A stretch of DNA of 64,000 nucleotides, taken from an uncultured Phycisphaerales bacterium. Lineage in GTDB: Bacteria > Planctomycetota > Phycisphaerae > Sedimentisphaerales > Anaerobacaceae. Below the pieces are notes generated by a model. It worked only from the letters and a program-made list of their open reading frames with translations, searched no databases and was not told the DNA's origin. Both the position numbers and the translations under genes were made by a program. Of the stretch, positions 1-11,277 are shown one piece after another. The DNA is taken from positions 608,001 to 672,000 of the forward strand of contig CAVYYI010000001.1 of assembly GCA_963772725.1 (NCBI GenBank), given 5' to 3'. Positions within the stretch are counted from its first letter, which is position 1; every line of letters starts with the position of its first letter.

Positions 1-121
1 TCCTGCCGCGAACAGGCCGGATTTATGGTAATATGGTATGAAAAGATTTCTATTGGCTGAACCTGAAAATAACCGATTACAGAATATAAGAGTTATAGAT
101 GATGCAATTGAAGGAGATGAT

Positions 122-812
122 ATGCAGGAACAGTTAGAGAATCCCGTACAGGATTTGTGGCGAATATTCAGGATAATGGCCGAATTTACGGAAGGTTTTC
201 AGGAGATGTCCAACCTTGGCCCGGCGGTTTCGATTTTTGGTTCGGCTCGCATACCTCCGAATAAGAATTATTATAAACTGGCACATCAAACCGCTGTTGA
301 ACTGGTAAAAGCGGGATTTTCGGTAATTACCGGCGGCGGGGGCGGGATTATGGAGGCGGCCAATAAAGGTGCTGCTGATGCGGGTGGAAGAAGTATTGGC
401 CTTAATATCGAAATTCCTCTTGAGCAGATTCCGAATAAATATCAGAATATTTCACTTCATTTCAGATACTTTTTTTGCCGCAAGGTAATGTTTCTGAAAT
501 ACGCGCAACGGATTTATAGTTTTTCCCGGGGGCTTCGGGACCCTGGACGAATTTTTCGAAGCCTTGGTTCTCATTCAGACATTAAGAGAGGCCAGTTTCC
601 CTGTGATTTTAATGGGTAGTGATTACTGGGACGGCCTGATTAAATGGATAACTGAAAAAATGCTCAACGAGTGCAAGTTTATTCTTCCTAACGATATGAA
701 AGTTTTCACAGTGGTGGATAAGCCGGAAGAGGCGATAAAAATCATACTGGACTTCAAGGAATCGCAGGGCCGCATAGGAATTGAACTGCCGCCCGGAATG
801 AAAAAAACATAA
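122..812 (+). CDS. LOG family (TIGR00730) Rossmann-fold protein, split by one frameshift near 508
   Basis: VSIFGSAR, TGGGGGIMEAANKGA and RYFFCRKVMF motifs; the PGGFGTLDE motif continues in the other frame and joins ORF 564-812. Confidence 0.85.
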
Positions 813-843
813 GAATCAGACGCGGATTAACACTGTATCAGGT

Positions 844-2628
844 TTAAGAAGGTCGGGTTTTTTCCATCGCGTCGCTTAAGTGCTTAAGTAAATAATTTTT
901 ATCAGGTCCGCCAAGATGTTCCCATGGCAGAATTTCGCTGGTATCAAATCGCCTTTGTGCGGAGGCATCGATGCTCATCCCGAATTTCTCAAACGCCGCC
1001 TGCCATTTTGCGTAGTCGAAATATTCATCCCACAAATCGAATTTTGCACCATTTTTCCATGCCTGCTCGACAACGTCACACAAACGCCTGTCAGCTCTGC
1101 CGATGGCGGATTCGAGAATACTGCGTTCAATATGGTGAAATTTGAACTGCAGAAATCTTGCGTTCAATTTTCTTTTTTCGTCAATTATTATTTTCTTGGC
1201 ATTCTCAAAATAATCTTTGGACTTTTGCCCTATCCAGCCTAAGGGAGTGTGCGCCTTTGGGACGAACCAGCTTACGGCAGCATTTATATTGGCGGTTTTA
1301 TTGTCGAATTTTTTTCTCAGCCGCGCCAACTCATAAGACAAATGAACAATCTGCCGTATATCATCCTCAGTTTCACCAGGCAGACCAACCATAAAATACA
1401 GCTTCAATTTCTGCCAGCCTGCCTGATAAGCCGCCTCAACTCCGGCAAATAAATCTTCATTCTTAAGTGGTTTATTAACTATCAGTCTTACCCTTTCGCT
1501 TGCCGCTTCGACGGCGATGGTCAGGCCGCCTTTACGTACGGAAGACATCAATTCAGGCAAGAGCTTTAATTGCTGGTCAACACGCAGACTCGGCAGCGAC
1601 AGCCCGACATATTTCTCGTGAAGATATTCGTGTAGCTCGGTAACCAGTTTATCGAGATTGGGATATTCAGCGGTTGATAAACTTAGCAGGCTTACCGTAT
1701 CAAATCCGGTTGAATGATAACACGCCTTTGCGATTTCAAGGATTTTATCAATGCTGCGATAACGGATAGGTCTTCTGCAGAAGCTCGCCTGGCAGAATAG
1801 GCATCGCCCCGGGCAGCCTCGCATAATCTCTACGCTGACCCTTTCGTGTACAGCCTCGGTAAAAGGTACTATCGGTTTTAGTGGTACCGGGGCGTTGTCA
1901 AAATCCTCAACAACAGCGTTTCGGAATTTTACCGGCAGTTCCGGCAAAATCGGTGCAAAACTTTTTATCTTTTCGCCGTTATATTCAAATCTATAAAACG
2001 CGGGCACGTACACCCAATCGAATTTTTTCGCAGCCTTGAACAGAATGTCATTTTTAGCTGTCCCGGCCTTTTTCTCCGCCTTAATCAGATTTGCAAGTTC
2101 GATGACAGCATCTTCGCCCTCACCGATCAAAAACAGGTCGATAAAATCTGCCAGGGGCTCACAGCAGTTGGCCATCCCACCGCCGGCGATTATCAAAGGG
2201 TCGTCTTCATTTCGCATACTGCTTCGGATATTCAAGCCGCCGAGGTTAAGCATATTCAGGACATTTGTATAACAAAGCTCATTTGTCAGGCTAAATCCGA
2301 CTAAATCGAAACTTTTTAACGCCACTCTCGATTCGAGACTAAAAAGAGCAATCCCCTTTTGCCTCATAATCATCTCGGCGTCAATCCAGGGTGCAAAAAC
2401 CCGTTCAGCCGCAAAACCGTCTATCCTGTTCAGGATATCGTATATGATAGCAATTCCTGTGTTGCTCATCGCGATTTCATAAATATCTGGAAAGCATAAC
2501 GCGACGGTCAAATCGCATCGGTTAAGATTCTTTTTAACCTGGTTTATTTCTCCGCCGATATACCTGCCCGGCGCTCGCACAAACGGTAGAAAATCCCGTT
2601 CAATTTGTTCATCAAGTATTGTTATCAT
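844..2628 (-). CDS. TIGR03960-type B12-binding radical SAM protein
   Basis: PGRYIGGEIN N-terminus, FPDIYEIAMS, CxxxCxxC (RGCPGRCLFCQA); start at MITIL is my choice. Confidence 0.85.
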   Translation of the reverse strand: MITILDEQIERDFLPFVRAPGRYIGGEINQVKKNLNRCDLTVALCFPDIYEIAMSNTGIAIIYDILNRIDGFAAERVFAPWIDAEMIMRQKGIALFSLESRVALKSFDLVGFSLTNELCYTNVLNMLNLGGLNIRSSMRNEDDPLIIAGGGMANCCEPLADFIDLFLIGEGEDAVIELANLIKAEKKAGTAKNDILFKAAKKFDWVYVPAFYRFEYNGEKIKSFAPILPELPVKFRNAVVEDFDNAPVPLKPIVPFTEAVHERVSVEIMRGCPGRCLFCQASFCRRPIRYRSIDKILEIAKACYHSTGFDTVSLLSLSTAEYPNLDKLVTELHEYLHEKYVGLSLPSLRVDQQLKLLPELMSSVRKGGLTIAVEAASERVRLIVNKPLKNEDLFAGVEAAYQAGWQKLKLYFMVGLPGETEDDIRQIVHLSYELARLRKKFDNKTANINAAVSWFVPKAHTPLGWIGQKSKDYFENAKKIIIDEKRKLNARFLQFKFHHIERSILESAIGRADRRLCDVVEQAWKNGAKFDLWDEYFDYAKWQAAFEKFGMSIDASAQRRFDTSEILPWEHLGGPDKNYLLKHLSDAMEKTRPS

Positions 2629-2676
2629 ATTCTCATTTATCGCGGTATTATACACCTGACTGCTGAAACAAATAAA

Positions 2677-2708
2677 TAAAGCCCAGTTTTTATTCAAACT
2701 GGGCTTTA
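2677..2708 (-). terminator. Intrinsic terminator
   Basis: 13-bp stem TAAAGCCCAGTTT/AAACTGGGCTTTA followed on the minus strand by a T-rich tract, downstream of 2739-3188. Confidence 0.6.
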
Positions 2709-2738
2709 CTGGTTTTTGATTTTAAATGTTGTTATTCC

Positions 2739-3188
2739 TTATTGCGTATTTCCAGAGATAGCTTTCTTTCTCTCATCCTCTATTTTGCTGTACTTGCACT
2801 TAGGACATTTGTCAGGAAAATCGTTTTTTACCGCTCCTGCCTCAAAAACAAGGCCGCATTTTCCACATTTTACAGCGGCATAAGCGCTTGGTTGTCCACA
2901 TTTCTCGCATTTCAACGCTGGTGTTTCCATTGCCATCGGGCTCACATTTTTTCGCATATATTCATAGTAAGCCTTTTTGTCCATCTCGTATTCGGCCTTG
3001 CAGCTGGGATTCCGGCATAGTACCCACATTTTTTGTCCTTCCAGAAGGGTCAATGGGTCGGTACTGCTCGGGCTGTTAGTAAAGTAGTAAACTCCACCAG
3101 CCGCTGCCAGGCACACTACGCTAATTCCGATCATAAGTATTTTTTTCTGACTGTCTTCCATTCCATTATCTCCAAAAAGTCTAAACAA
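2739..3188 (-). CDS. Membrane-anchored hypothetical protein with multiple CxxC zinc-ribbon motifs
   Basis: N-terminal hydrophobic helix; CRNPSC, CEKC, CGKC, CPKC. Confidence 0.65.
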   Translation of the reverse strand: MFRLFGDNGMEDSQKKILMIGISVVCLAAAGGVYYFTNSPSSTDPLTLLEGQKMWVLCRNPSCKAEYEMDKKAYYEYMRKNVSPMAMETPALKCEKCGQPSAYAAVKCGKCGLVFEAGAVKNDFPDKCPKCKYSKIEDERKKAISGNTQ

Positions 3189-3336
3189 TAATATTATTGG
3201 AAACTAATAACAACAGATTATTACTAATCATCACATTTGTCAAATGCTTATTTGGGCTGTTATTAACATTTTTTCTGATGCCTAAACGATAACATCCTGC
3301 CGATAAAGAAATTATATTTAGTCGTACAAATAAACT

Positions 3337-4296
3337 TTACGCATTTGATGAATTAATGTTCTTTAGCAGCGGCTGATAAAATCGCTTAGGTTTTGGTCCA
3401 AGAGTATTTCTGAGCATACCCAGTTTTTCGATAGAGCATTCGATATTGTCGCCTGCTTCGAGGAAATCGCCTTTAGCCATCGCTACGCCTGCCGGTGTGC
3501 CTGTCGCGATTATATCGCCCGGTTCGAGCGTCATAATGTGGCTTACAAAAGAAACGACCTGGTCAACCGGAAAAATCATTTCACCGGTATTGGCTTTTTG
3601 CCGTATTTTGCCATTAACGGTAAGGGTCATATCGAGGCTCTGAACGTCATCAACCTCATCAGCGGTTAATAAATAAGGCCCCATCGGGCAAAAACCGTCG
3701 GCCCATTTCCCGTTGAGCCAGTCGTAAAATTCATCCCACGGACGTTGTGTTCTGCCTTTTGCGAAGGTAACGCTGCGTGCGGAAACATCATTGGCGATTG
3801 TATAGCCCGCTACAAAATCAAGTGCGTTTTGCGGTTTAACGCATTTGGCGTAACTGCCGATTACAACGGCCAATTCGGACTCATAATCAATCTGCTCGCT
3901 ATAAGATGGCCAGGGGATTTCCTCGTTTGGGCCGATTACAGCGGTAGAGGGCATAAGAAAAGGGCGGGGAACAGTGGTTTCCCGTGGCGAGGCTGACAAT
4001 CCCAGCGCCTTACCGACCTCTTTAATATGCTGTGAGTAGTTGCCTGCAAGGGCGATAACTTTTCCCGGCCTGGGAATCGGCGCAAGAATAGAGGCCGAAT
4101 CCACTGGAATAAACTTTCTGGCCGAATGTGTAAGTTCTTCTATTTTCTTCGTACATTCCGGCCCTTGTTCGAGAATTTCTTTAACGCTGCGGGGGAAATC
4201 TGGTTCCTTAAAGGCGGATGGAATATCAATTATACCCTGTTCAGCGAGTATTCCGCATGAAATCGCATTATTTTTCGAATATGTTACAAGTTTCAT
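3337..4296 (-). CDS. Fumarylacetoacetate hydrolase family protein
   Basis: IDYESELAVVIG, GYTIANDVSAR, LEPGDIIATGTPAGV. Confidence 0.9.
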   Translation of the reverse strand: MKLVTYSKNNAISCGILAEQGIIDIPSAFKEPDFPRSVKEILEQGPECTKKIEELTHSARKFIPVDSASILAPIPRPGKVIALAGNYSQHIKEVGKALGLSASPRETTVPRPFLMPSTAVIGPNEEIPWPSYSEQIDYESELAVVIGSYAKCVKPQNALDFVAGYTIANDVSARSVTFAKGRTQRPWDEFYDWLNGKWADGFCPMGPYLLTADEVDDVQSLDMTLTVNGKIRQKANTGEMIFPVDQVVSFVSHIMTLEPGDIIATGTPAGVAMAKGDFLEAGDNIECSIEKLGMLRNTLGPKPKRFYQPLLKNINSSNA

Positions 4297-4461
4297 TTGT
4301 TTATCTCAGGTTTTTCTTAAAAACAGTATTTAACAGATAATAACAAAAATAACTTGAATTTACAGCAGAAAACCCTTCTAATATTTGTTTTATCGCGGCT
4401 GTTATCAATGATTTTATAATACTCGGGTTTTACCGCGTATTTTAATTTAGGATTCAAAAAA

Positions 4462-5223
4462 ATGGATTGGAAAAATTTCTGGGCTAAAATAAAAAACTGG
4501 TTTAATGCCGATGGAATGAAGGAAAATGATTATTACCCGTCCCTCGATAAGCAGGGTCTGATGAATATTAACGACGAGGCACCCGTTGTAACACAGCAGG
4601 GCAGGGCGGAACCGAAAGGGGTTATTGTTAAAACCATTCACTCGACCGACAAAACCCAATCCCTCGAAAAACTGCAGGAGGGATTTAATACTCTTCTCGA
4701 CCAGCTCAAAAATATAAATGAGCAACTTGGTCAGCAGGTTGTGCAGCACGACAACCTTATGAAGCACCTCGAAATGATGCCTAAATTGCTCGAAAGTTTT
4801 CCTGACATCATTACAAATCAGGGACGTTTCACTGAGCAAATGCTCGAAAATCTCAAAGTGACTACCGCTAAAACCCAGTGTTTTATCGACGCTGTCGAGA
4901 AGATTCCCGCGGAGACAGCCAGACAGACCAGCGCTCTATCGAGCATAGACCATCAGCTTGCCGCGGCGGCGGATGCGGACGCACAAATGGCGGAGACTTT
5001 CAACAAATTCTCGGCGACACTCGAAAAAATGGACCGCAGTCTCGGCTCTCAGACCGAAGGCATCGCGCAGATGACCAAAACATTTGCGGCCAGCGACAGG
5101 TACCTAAAGTATCTTATAACAAGGCAAAACAAACGCTTTATGTGGATATTTATCACCGCTGTTGCCGTCTGTATTTTTGTTATTTTTACCTTTGCCGGGA
5201 TTATTGTGTACCTTCGGCGGTAA
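4462..5223 (+). CDS. Hypothetical coiled-coil protein with C-terminal TM helix
   Basis: Long helical ORF with RBS and hydrophobic C-terminus. Confidence 0.65.
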   Translation: MDWKNFWAKIKNWFNADGMKENDYYPSLDKQGLMNINDEAPVVTQQGRAEPKGVIVKTIHSTDKTQSLEKLQEGFNTLLDQLKNINEQLGQQVVQHDNLMKHLEMMPKLLESFPDIITNQGRFTEQMLENLKVTTAKTQCFIDAVEKIPAETARQTSALSSIDHQLAAAADADAQMAETFNKFSATLEKMDRSLGSQTEGIAQMTKTFAASDRYLKYLITRQNKRFMWIFITAVAVCIFVIFTFAGIIVYLRR

Positions 5224-5279
5224 ATTTCAATATTTCAAAATGTCCAATTTCAAGTAAATGATTCGTCAATTGACGGTCT

Positions 5280-6014
5280 TTGGTTATGACATATAACGCG
5301 GATGTTATGGAAAGATATTTTGCGGGTAAAAAGTGTGTGGTATTGACGAGGGAGGAGGTTCGTGCGGTTGACCAGTGGGCAATAAAAACGCTCGGAATTC
5401 CGGGTGTGGTTCTGATGGAAAACGCGGGGAGAAGCTGTGCGGAATTAATCAGGGAAAAATTGGCGGATATTGCTGAACCGAAGGTGTGTATTTTCTGCGG
5501 AACAGGCAATAACGGGGGCGACGGATATGTAATTGCAAGACACCTGCTGAACAGCAAATTCGAGGTTGTCGTGGTTGTATGCGGCGACTGTGAGAAAATA
5601 AAGGGCGACGCGAAGATAAATCTTGATGTTTTGGAGCGGATGGGGCAGCGTATAGAAATTATGCAAATGGAAGATGGTGATATTGCCAGACAAGTTGAAA
5701 TGTATGCAGCCGGAGCGGATATGATAGTTGACGCCATTTTCGGGACGGGATTGGAAGGTGAAGTTAAGCCCGCTTATAAAATACTGATAGAAAGTATAAA
5801 CGCACAGCGGTGTCCAATTTTAGCAGTAGATATCCCATCCGGCCTCAACTGCAACAGCGGTATTTCTTTGGGGGCAGCGATAAGGGCGGCATACACTATA
5901 ACATTTGTGGCGGTAAAAAAGGGATTTGTCATTGCCGCTGAGGCGGAGAAATATACAGGTGAAATCTATGTTGCCTCTATCGGCGTCAAACCGCCGGTAA
6001 GTATTTCAGGTTAA
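5280..6014 (+). CDS. nnrE: NAD(P)H-hydrate epimerase (YjeF N-terminal domain)
   Basis: LMENAG, GTGNNGGDG, DAIFGTG, AVDIPSG motifs. Confidence 0.9.
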   Translation: MVMTYNADVMERYFAGKKCVVLTREEVRAVDQWAIKTLGIPGVVLMENAGRSCAELIREKLADIAEPKVCIFCGTGNNGGDGYVIARHLLNSKFEVVVVVCGDCEKIKGDAKINLDVLERMGQRIEIMQMEDGDIARQVEMYAAGADMIVDAIFGTGLEGEVKPAYKILIESINAQRCPILAVDIPSGLNCNSGISLGAAIRAAYTITFVAVKKGFVIAAEAEKYTGEIYVASIGVKPPVSISG

Positions 6015-6142
6015 TATTCAGCAGGTCGAATCGGGCTTTATCTCATCTTTTGCCACAAGTCGTAAACTTTCTGATAGTGTTTATGTGTAGCATCAGCCAG
6101 AAGGGCAAGAACCTTATTATGTATTCTCAATAACGAGTATTT

Positions 6143-6610
6143 TTACTGAGGTTTTTCGCCGATTCGCTGCGACCATAGGCGTCCGTCTTTTTGGAATTCG
6201 ACGTTGTCTTTGTGTATTTTTACAATTTTGACACCGTCTATTACCATTCCTTCATTTACAAGTTTTCCGCTGACCACCGCGACGGGCTTGTCTTCGCTGT
6301 ACAGTATTCCTGTTATAACGCCATAGTTTTTGTTCACTACTTTTTGGACAAACGGAATTTTTTTACCCATTCCCCAGAGGTCAAAAATAGAATTGGTCAT
6401 AATACATTTGTTAAGCGGGGTGCCTTTCTCACAGACAATTCCGTTGTACACGATGTTGAGCGTTAAAAGAGTCGCAAGAATCAAAACACAGAAAAGTAAC
6501 TTGTTTACCGGCTTTTTTTGCAGCTTCTTCGTGTGGAAAGAAGCCGTTGAAGGTCTTATAACCTCTGTCTTGACCGCTGTTACTTCCTGTCCAATATATT
6601 TTAGTGCCAT
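6143..6610 (-). CDS. Hypothetical membrane protein (GspB-like C-terminus)
   Basis: TM segment, then ITGILYSEDKPVAVVSG...EG..IDGVKIVKI. Confidence 0.5.
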   Translation of the reverse strand: MALKYIGQEVTAVKTEVIRPSTASFHTKKLQKKPVNKLLFCVLILATLLTLNIVYNGIVCEKGTPLNKCIMTNSIFDLWGMGKKIPFVQKVVNKNYGVITGILYSEDKPVAVVSGKLVNEGMVIDGVKIVKIHKDNVEFQKDGRLWSQRIGEKPQ

Positions 6611-6723
6611 TTTCCACCTGTTATTTTCCGATAAGTGTATATATTTATGTCGGCTTGATAGGAGCAGAGAATTAGCTTATTTTACGAGGTATTTGAAAGT
6701 TTACCAAATACGAAGTATCAGGC

Positions 6724-8165
6724 TTAAAATGCGCCAGGTGTTTCGGACATCGAGTGGTATCCGATAAGATACAGGAATCTTTCAAAATTCAGCACTGGCA
6801 CCCAAAGCGATTTTGCACGGCTGACCACGTCGTTATAATGCTGGTTTTCTTTTATGGAGTTATTGTATTTTTCCATAGCCTGGGGATATACCTCGAGTTC
6901 TTCGAGAGTTGGCTTTTGCAATACGACGGGTGGTTCACCAAGAACGACAAAATCTGCATTTACGGTAACAGTGTCATCAACAGTCCCGCCCCATTTTTGT
7001 ATAAGTTCCTTAATTTTTTCTGTGCCGTGATTACCGATGTTTTTGCCGCCCAGGTTGAAAATGCCCGCAACGACAAAGACATTGCTCCTGTTACTGTCCC
7101 AGATGAGGTTCGCGACGATATCCCCGGCAATAATGGGTCTTTTAATCTCAGAACGCAGGATTCTGGCCGAAGAGATGTTCTTCTGGACGTCAAATATCTC
7201 AATTTCAGCTTTGCCTTTGCCGTCTGCGGGGATAGGCGTATCTTTATCGTAAACGGAGAGGGTCAGTCCTCGATACACCTTATCATCGCTTCCCATATTA
7301 AGACGAACAATTTTAGTCTGGTTATCGATAAGTATGATTTTCCCATCAGGTTTGTACGCTGCAACATTGGAATCCGGCAGAGGTTTAATCTCAGTAAGTT
7401 CTTTTAATGCAAGCTGCATTCTGTTTTCGGCCTGTTTTAATTCAGCCTGCGTTTTCAAAAATTGTTCATTGATGCTGTTTCGATTAGCTCTTTCCTCGTC
7501 CAGTTGGGTAATAAGTGTTGTTACACGCTGTTCAGAGGTTTGGTTCAGAAGTTCTTTGAGTTTATCATAATCGGTTTTTATGCTGTTGACCAGTTGTTCA
7601 TCCTTTGTTTTTTGCTCAAGCAGTTCCTGTTCCTTTTGCATACTTACGGCGGAGGTTTTTTCGAAGTTGTTCTGGAGTTCGGCGAGCTGCCCCTAAGAGC
7701 AGAATCAGATTTCCTGGTGTTATCGAGAGTTGTTTTTAACTGCTCAATTATACGCACAAGACCGGTGCCATTCGGGTCGTTGGGTTCTACGCTAATTTGT
7801 TCCTGGGCAAGCTGCGTCAGAAGATTTTTAAACTTCGTATCGACCGATTTTATTTTCACTTCGGCGGAAGTTTCTTCCAATTGTCCACCGAGAACAAGAC
7901 GCACCATGTGGTCGAGGTAATCGACCATTGTACCAACGGTGCTTTTACTGCCTTGTTTGGCTCCGACAATAGCGCCTATTTTTTGTCGTTCTTTGGAGTT
8001 GGCCATTTCGTCGAGTTGGGTTTGAGCGGTGGATACGATAGTTCTTTGCTGCTCGACTTTGACGTAATAGACAATAGCGAAAGCGGTTGAGACTATGAAA
8101 AGCCCCACAAACGTTATTAACGTATAAAGCATAGCGTTACTTGCCGGTCTTCTGCCTGCTGGCAT
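6724..8165 (-). CDS. Coiled-coil membrane-anchored protein with BRCT-like C-terminus, split by a frameshift near 7690
   Basis: ORFs 7644-8165 and 6724-7641 abut; N-terminal TM, coiled coil, WGGTVDDTVTVNADFVVLG. Confidence 0.6.
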
Positions 8166-8316
8166 ATAAAACTCCTTAGAAACAGTGTAAACTTAGATAA
8201 ACTACAGCATTTAGACCATTCATTATCGTCTAAAAATAGCCCAAAGTCAACAAAAAAACGGAAAATGGGTAACTTTTGGCAGGGTAAAAAGATTTTTCCC
8301 GTTTTTCTTAAAATAA

Positions 8317-9009
8317 TCAAAGTCTTTTTAAGAGGTTAGGTAATTGTGATAAATCGCTAATTATGTGCCTTGCGGCGGCATTTGGCTCGGTTGATGACCC
8401 TGTATGTATCCTGCGAGGCCGCAAAATCTGGATTGTTTTAATTCCTAATTTGTTTGGGCCGATAAAATCCTTAGTTTCGTTATCGGCGATATAAACGGTA
8501 TTTTCCGGGGCGGCGTTAAGGGTTTTCATAATTTTTTCAAAGCCGACTGTGGATGGTTTCCAGAATTGCCTGCCGAGCTGCTCGGTGTAGATTATGGATT
8601 GAAAATATTGTTCGAGATTGAGGGCGTTAACTTTAAGCTGCTGCGTTGGCAAAAAACCATCTGTAAGCAGTCCGAGAATGTATTTTTGTCTGAGGAGAAA
8701 CAGAATATCCCTGCTTTCCTGGGGCAAAGATAACGTCGGGATGTGGCTGCGATAAACAGTAATTAGTTTGGCGATGAAATCATCGTTATTGATGGATGGC
8801 GGCAAATTGAGGTTATTTAGAGCGGCGTTGAAAGTTTTTGTGCGGTTGCCGGCAGAAAATTGCTCCCATAACGTGTCGAAGCAATTTTTCGCAGTTAGAC
8901 GGTTATGGGACGCTGCGAGGAACTCGGCCACAGCGGCAAAGCCGCTCCGGCAGTATTCAACTTCGTCGTAGAGCGTATCATCAAGGTCGAAAATAACAGT
9001 TGTTATCAT
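8317..9009 (-). CDS. HAD family hydrolase
   Basis: FDLDDTLY motif I, LTDG, WKP, ADNETKD. Confidence 0.85.
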   Translation of the reverse strand: MITTVIFDLDDTLYDEVEYCRSGFAAVAEFLAASHNRLTAKNCFDTLWEQFSAGNRTKTFNAALNNLNLPPSINNDDFIAKLITVYRSHIPTLSLPQESRDILFLLRQKYILGLLTDGFLPTQQLKVNALNLEQYFQSIIYTEQLGRQFWKPSTVGFEKIMKTLNAAPENTVYIADNETKDFIGPNKLGIKTIQILRPRRIHTGSSTEPNAAARHIISDLSQLPNLLKRL

Positions 9010-9130
9010 AAATTATATCCCGCAAAGTAATCGCAGAGCTATACACCTTATGGTTATTAGAGTATAATCTTACGCATTATCGGCGTTAATGTCGATACTT
9101 TTAATATTGTGTGAGTTTAAGATTTTTTTA

Positions 9131-9195
9131 TGTCATTCCCGCGAAAGCGGGAATCCACTTTACTAAAATGGATACCTGCTTTCGCAGGTATGACA
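9131..9195. repeat. REP-like palindromic doublet
   Basis: TGTCATTCCCGCGAAAGCGGGAATCCA and inverted partner TGGATACCTGCTTTCGCAGGTATGACA, each self-hairpinning, 11-bp spacer. Confidence 0.75.
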
Positions 9196-9231
9196 AGTCG
9201 TAACCGGACACCAATTTGGAAAGGGTAGGCT

Positions 9232-10146
9232 ATGAAGTATCTTGAGATAATGCGTCCTTCGCACTGGACAAAAAATATGTTTGTTTTTGCGGCCCTTATA
9301 TTCGGGAAAAAGCTTTTTCGTCCTTTGGATGAAATGGGAGTAGCGGTCGCCAGCGCGATAGGAGGTTTTATATGTTTTTGTTTGGCGGCGTCGGCAATTT
9401 ATATTTTGAACGACATAATCGACCGTCAGACGGACAAACTGCATCCGGAAAAAAGCAAAAGGCCGATAGCGGCAGGGACTGTAAGTATCGGTGCTGCCGC
9501 TGTGATATCGATAATCTGCGGAGTTTGCGCGATTGTCAGCAGCTATATGATTATCCATACATTTGCGATTATTATCATCGCATATATTTCGCTTATGATT
9601 TTATATTCTCTGCTGCTTAAAAAAATGATGATTCTCGATTGCGTGGCGATAGCGACAGGTTTTTGTCTTCGAGCGGTTGCCGGTGCGATGGTGGTAGGGG
9701 TGTTCATTTCACCATGGCTGATTATATGTACATTTGCGTTATGTTTATTTATGGCGTTTGGCAAGCGCCGCAGCGAAATAGAGCAATTGCGTGAAAACAG
9801 CGAATATTTCCGTAAGACACTTGCGGGTTATACACCGGAACTGCTGGCTCACATGCTTGATGTAACCAGCGGGTTGGCGATAGTTTGTTTTTTGCTTTAC
9901 GCGATGGACAGCAGAACTTTTCAACTCTTCGGCACGAATAACCTGGTTTATACCACGCCATTGGTGCTGTATTGTATTTTCCGGTTTAGCGCGCTTATAC
10001 AGAAAGGTAAATATTCAGGGCCTGTGCAGCTTATTTTGCACGATGTGCCGTTTCAAATTGGTTTTGTTTTGTGGGTTTTGTCATGTACGGCGATAATTTA
10101 CGCTAACAGGCTCGGCATCAGCCTTGGCGGGATTTGGGCGTACTGA
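9232..10146 (+). CDS. UbiA family decaprenyl-phosphate phosphoribosyltransferase-like protein
   Basis: MRPSHWTKN, YILNDIID...HPEKSKRPIAAG, GKRRSE, multiple TM helices. Confidence 0.85.
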   Translation: MKYLEIMRPSHWTKNMFVFAALIFGKKLFRPLDEMGVAVASAIGGFICFCLAASAIYILNDIIDRQTDKLHPEKSKRPIAAGTVSIGAAAVISIICGVCAIVSSYMIIHTFAIIIIAYISLMILYSLLLKKMMILDCVAIATGFCLRAVAGAMVVGVFISPWLIICTFALCLFMAFGKRRSEIEQLRENSEYFRKTLAGYTPELLAHMLDVTSGLAIVCFLLYAMDSRTFQLFGTNNLVYTTPLVLYCIFRFSALIQKGKYSGPVQLILHDVPFQIGFVLWVLSCTAIIYANRLGISLGGIWAY

Positions 10147-10222
10147 CACAAATTAACACTGTTTGAAAAGTAATAAGATTAAAATCAGTGTAATCAGCGA
10201 AACAGTGTTTAAGAGGATTAAG

Positions 10223-10942
10223 ATGGCTGAAGAAAGATTACAAAAAGTTTTGGCGGCGGCGGGTGTGGATTCGCGGCGAAAGTGCGAAGAATTGATACTT
10301 ACCGGGGCTGTGAGCGTGAACGGCAGGGTGGTGAATAAACTGCCGGCGTTTGTCGATACCGACAAAGATGTTATAATGGTCGGCGGCAGAAAGATTCAGG
10401 CGGCTGAAAAAGTATATTTTCTTTTGAACAAGCCCAAAGGAGTTATTTGCACGAATTTCGACCCGCAGGGCAGAATAAAGGCGACAGACCTTATAAAGAC
10501 TCGCCAGCGGATATTCTGTGTGGGCAGACTCGATGTTGACACGACAGGTTTAATAATCCTGTCGAATGATAACGAACTGGCAAACAGGCTGACACATCCG
10601 AGGTATGAACTGCCAAAAACTTATGTCGCGGAGGTTAAAGGTTCAGCGGAGGCGGAGGCTGTCGAAAAACTGCGAAAAGGAGTTTGGCTTGCGGGAGGCA
10701 GGACAGCGGGGGCATCGGTAAAAGTGATACATCGCGGTCATGACAGGTCGCTGCTCGAAATCACCATCAGTCAGGGGCTGAATCGACAGGTACGCCGGAT
10801 GCTCATCGCTGTCAGTTTATCTGTGAAGTCGCTTAAAAGGACTCAAATCGGCAGGATAGACGATAAAGGCCTGGGCGTCGGCAAATTCAGACTGCTGACT
10901 AAAGGCGAAGTCGCGTACCTGAAAAAAGTTACAGCCGGCTAA
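10223..10942 (+). CDS. rluB: rRNA pseudouridine synthase (RluB/RsuA family) with S4 domain
   Basis: ERLQKVLAAAG..SRR, NKPKG, GRLDVDTTGL, NRQVRRM. Confidence 0.8.
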   Translation: MAEERLQKVLAAAGVDSRRKCEELILTGAVSVNGRVVNKLPAFVDTDKDVIMVGGRKIQAAEKVYFLLNKPKGVICTNFDPQGRIKATDLIKTRQRIFCVGRLDVDTTGLIILSNDNELANRLTHPRYELPKTYVAEVKGSAEAEAVEKLRKGVWLAGGRTAGASVKVIHRGHDRSLLEITISQGLNRQVRRMLIAVSLSVKSLKRTQIGRIDDKGLGVGKFRLLTKGEVAYLKKVTAG

Positions 10943-11048
10943 ACAATTCGGGGAAGAGGGGAGAACACCACAGAGGGTTTTTAGTGGATTTTCTTCGTGG
11001 GATGTATTATGGTATTGCGATAATTTACATTTTTTGTAAGGAACCATA

Positions 11049-11258
11049 ATGCCGGTATTTGAATATAAATGTGTGGATTGCGGGAAGATAAGCGAGTTTC
11101 TGGTGAACGCGGGCGGTAATACGCCTAAAGGCTGTTCGCACTGCGGCGGGAAAAAACTGGAAAAACAGTTTTCGGTTTTTGCGCCACGGATAAAAGAAGG
11201 CCAGTCGAAGAAATGTCACGGGTGCAGTGACCATTCGTGTCCGCACTCAAGTCATTAG
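11049..11258 (+). CDS. FmdB family zinc-ribbon protein
   Basis: MPVFEYKCVDCG...CSHCG. Confidence 0.8.
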   Translation: MPVFEYKCVDCGKISEFLVNAGGNTPKGCSHCGGKKLEKQFSVFAPRIKEGQSKKCHGCSDHSCPHSSH

Positions 11259-11277
11259 CTATGCTATGACAAAAATT

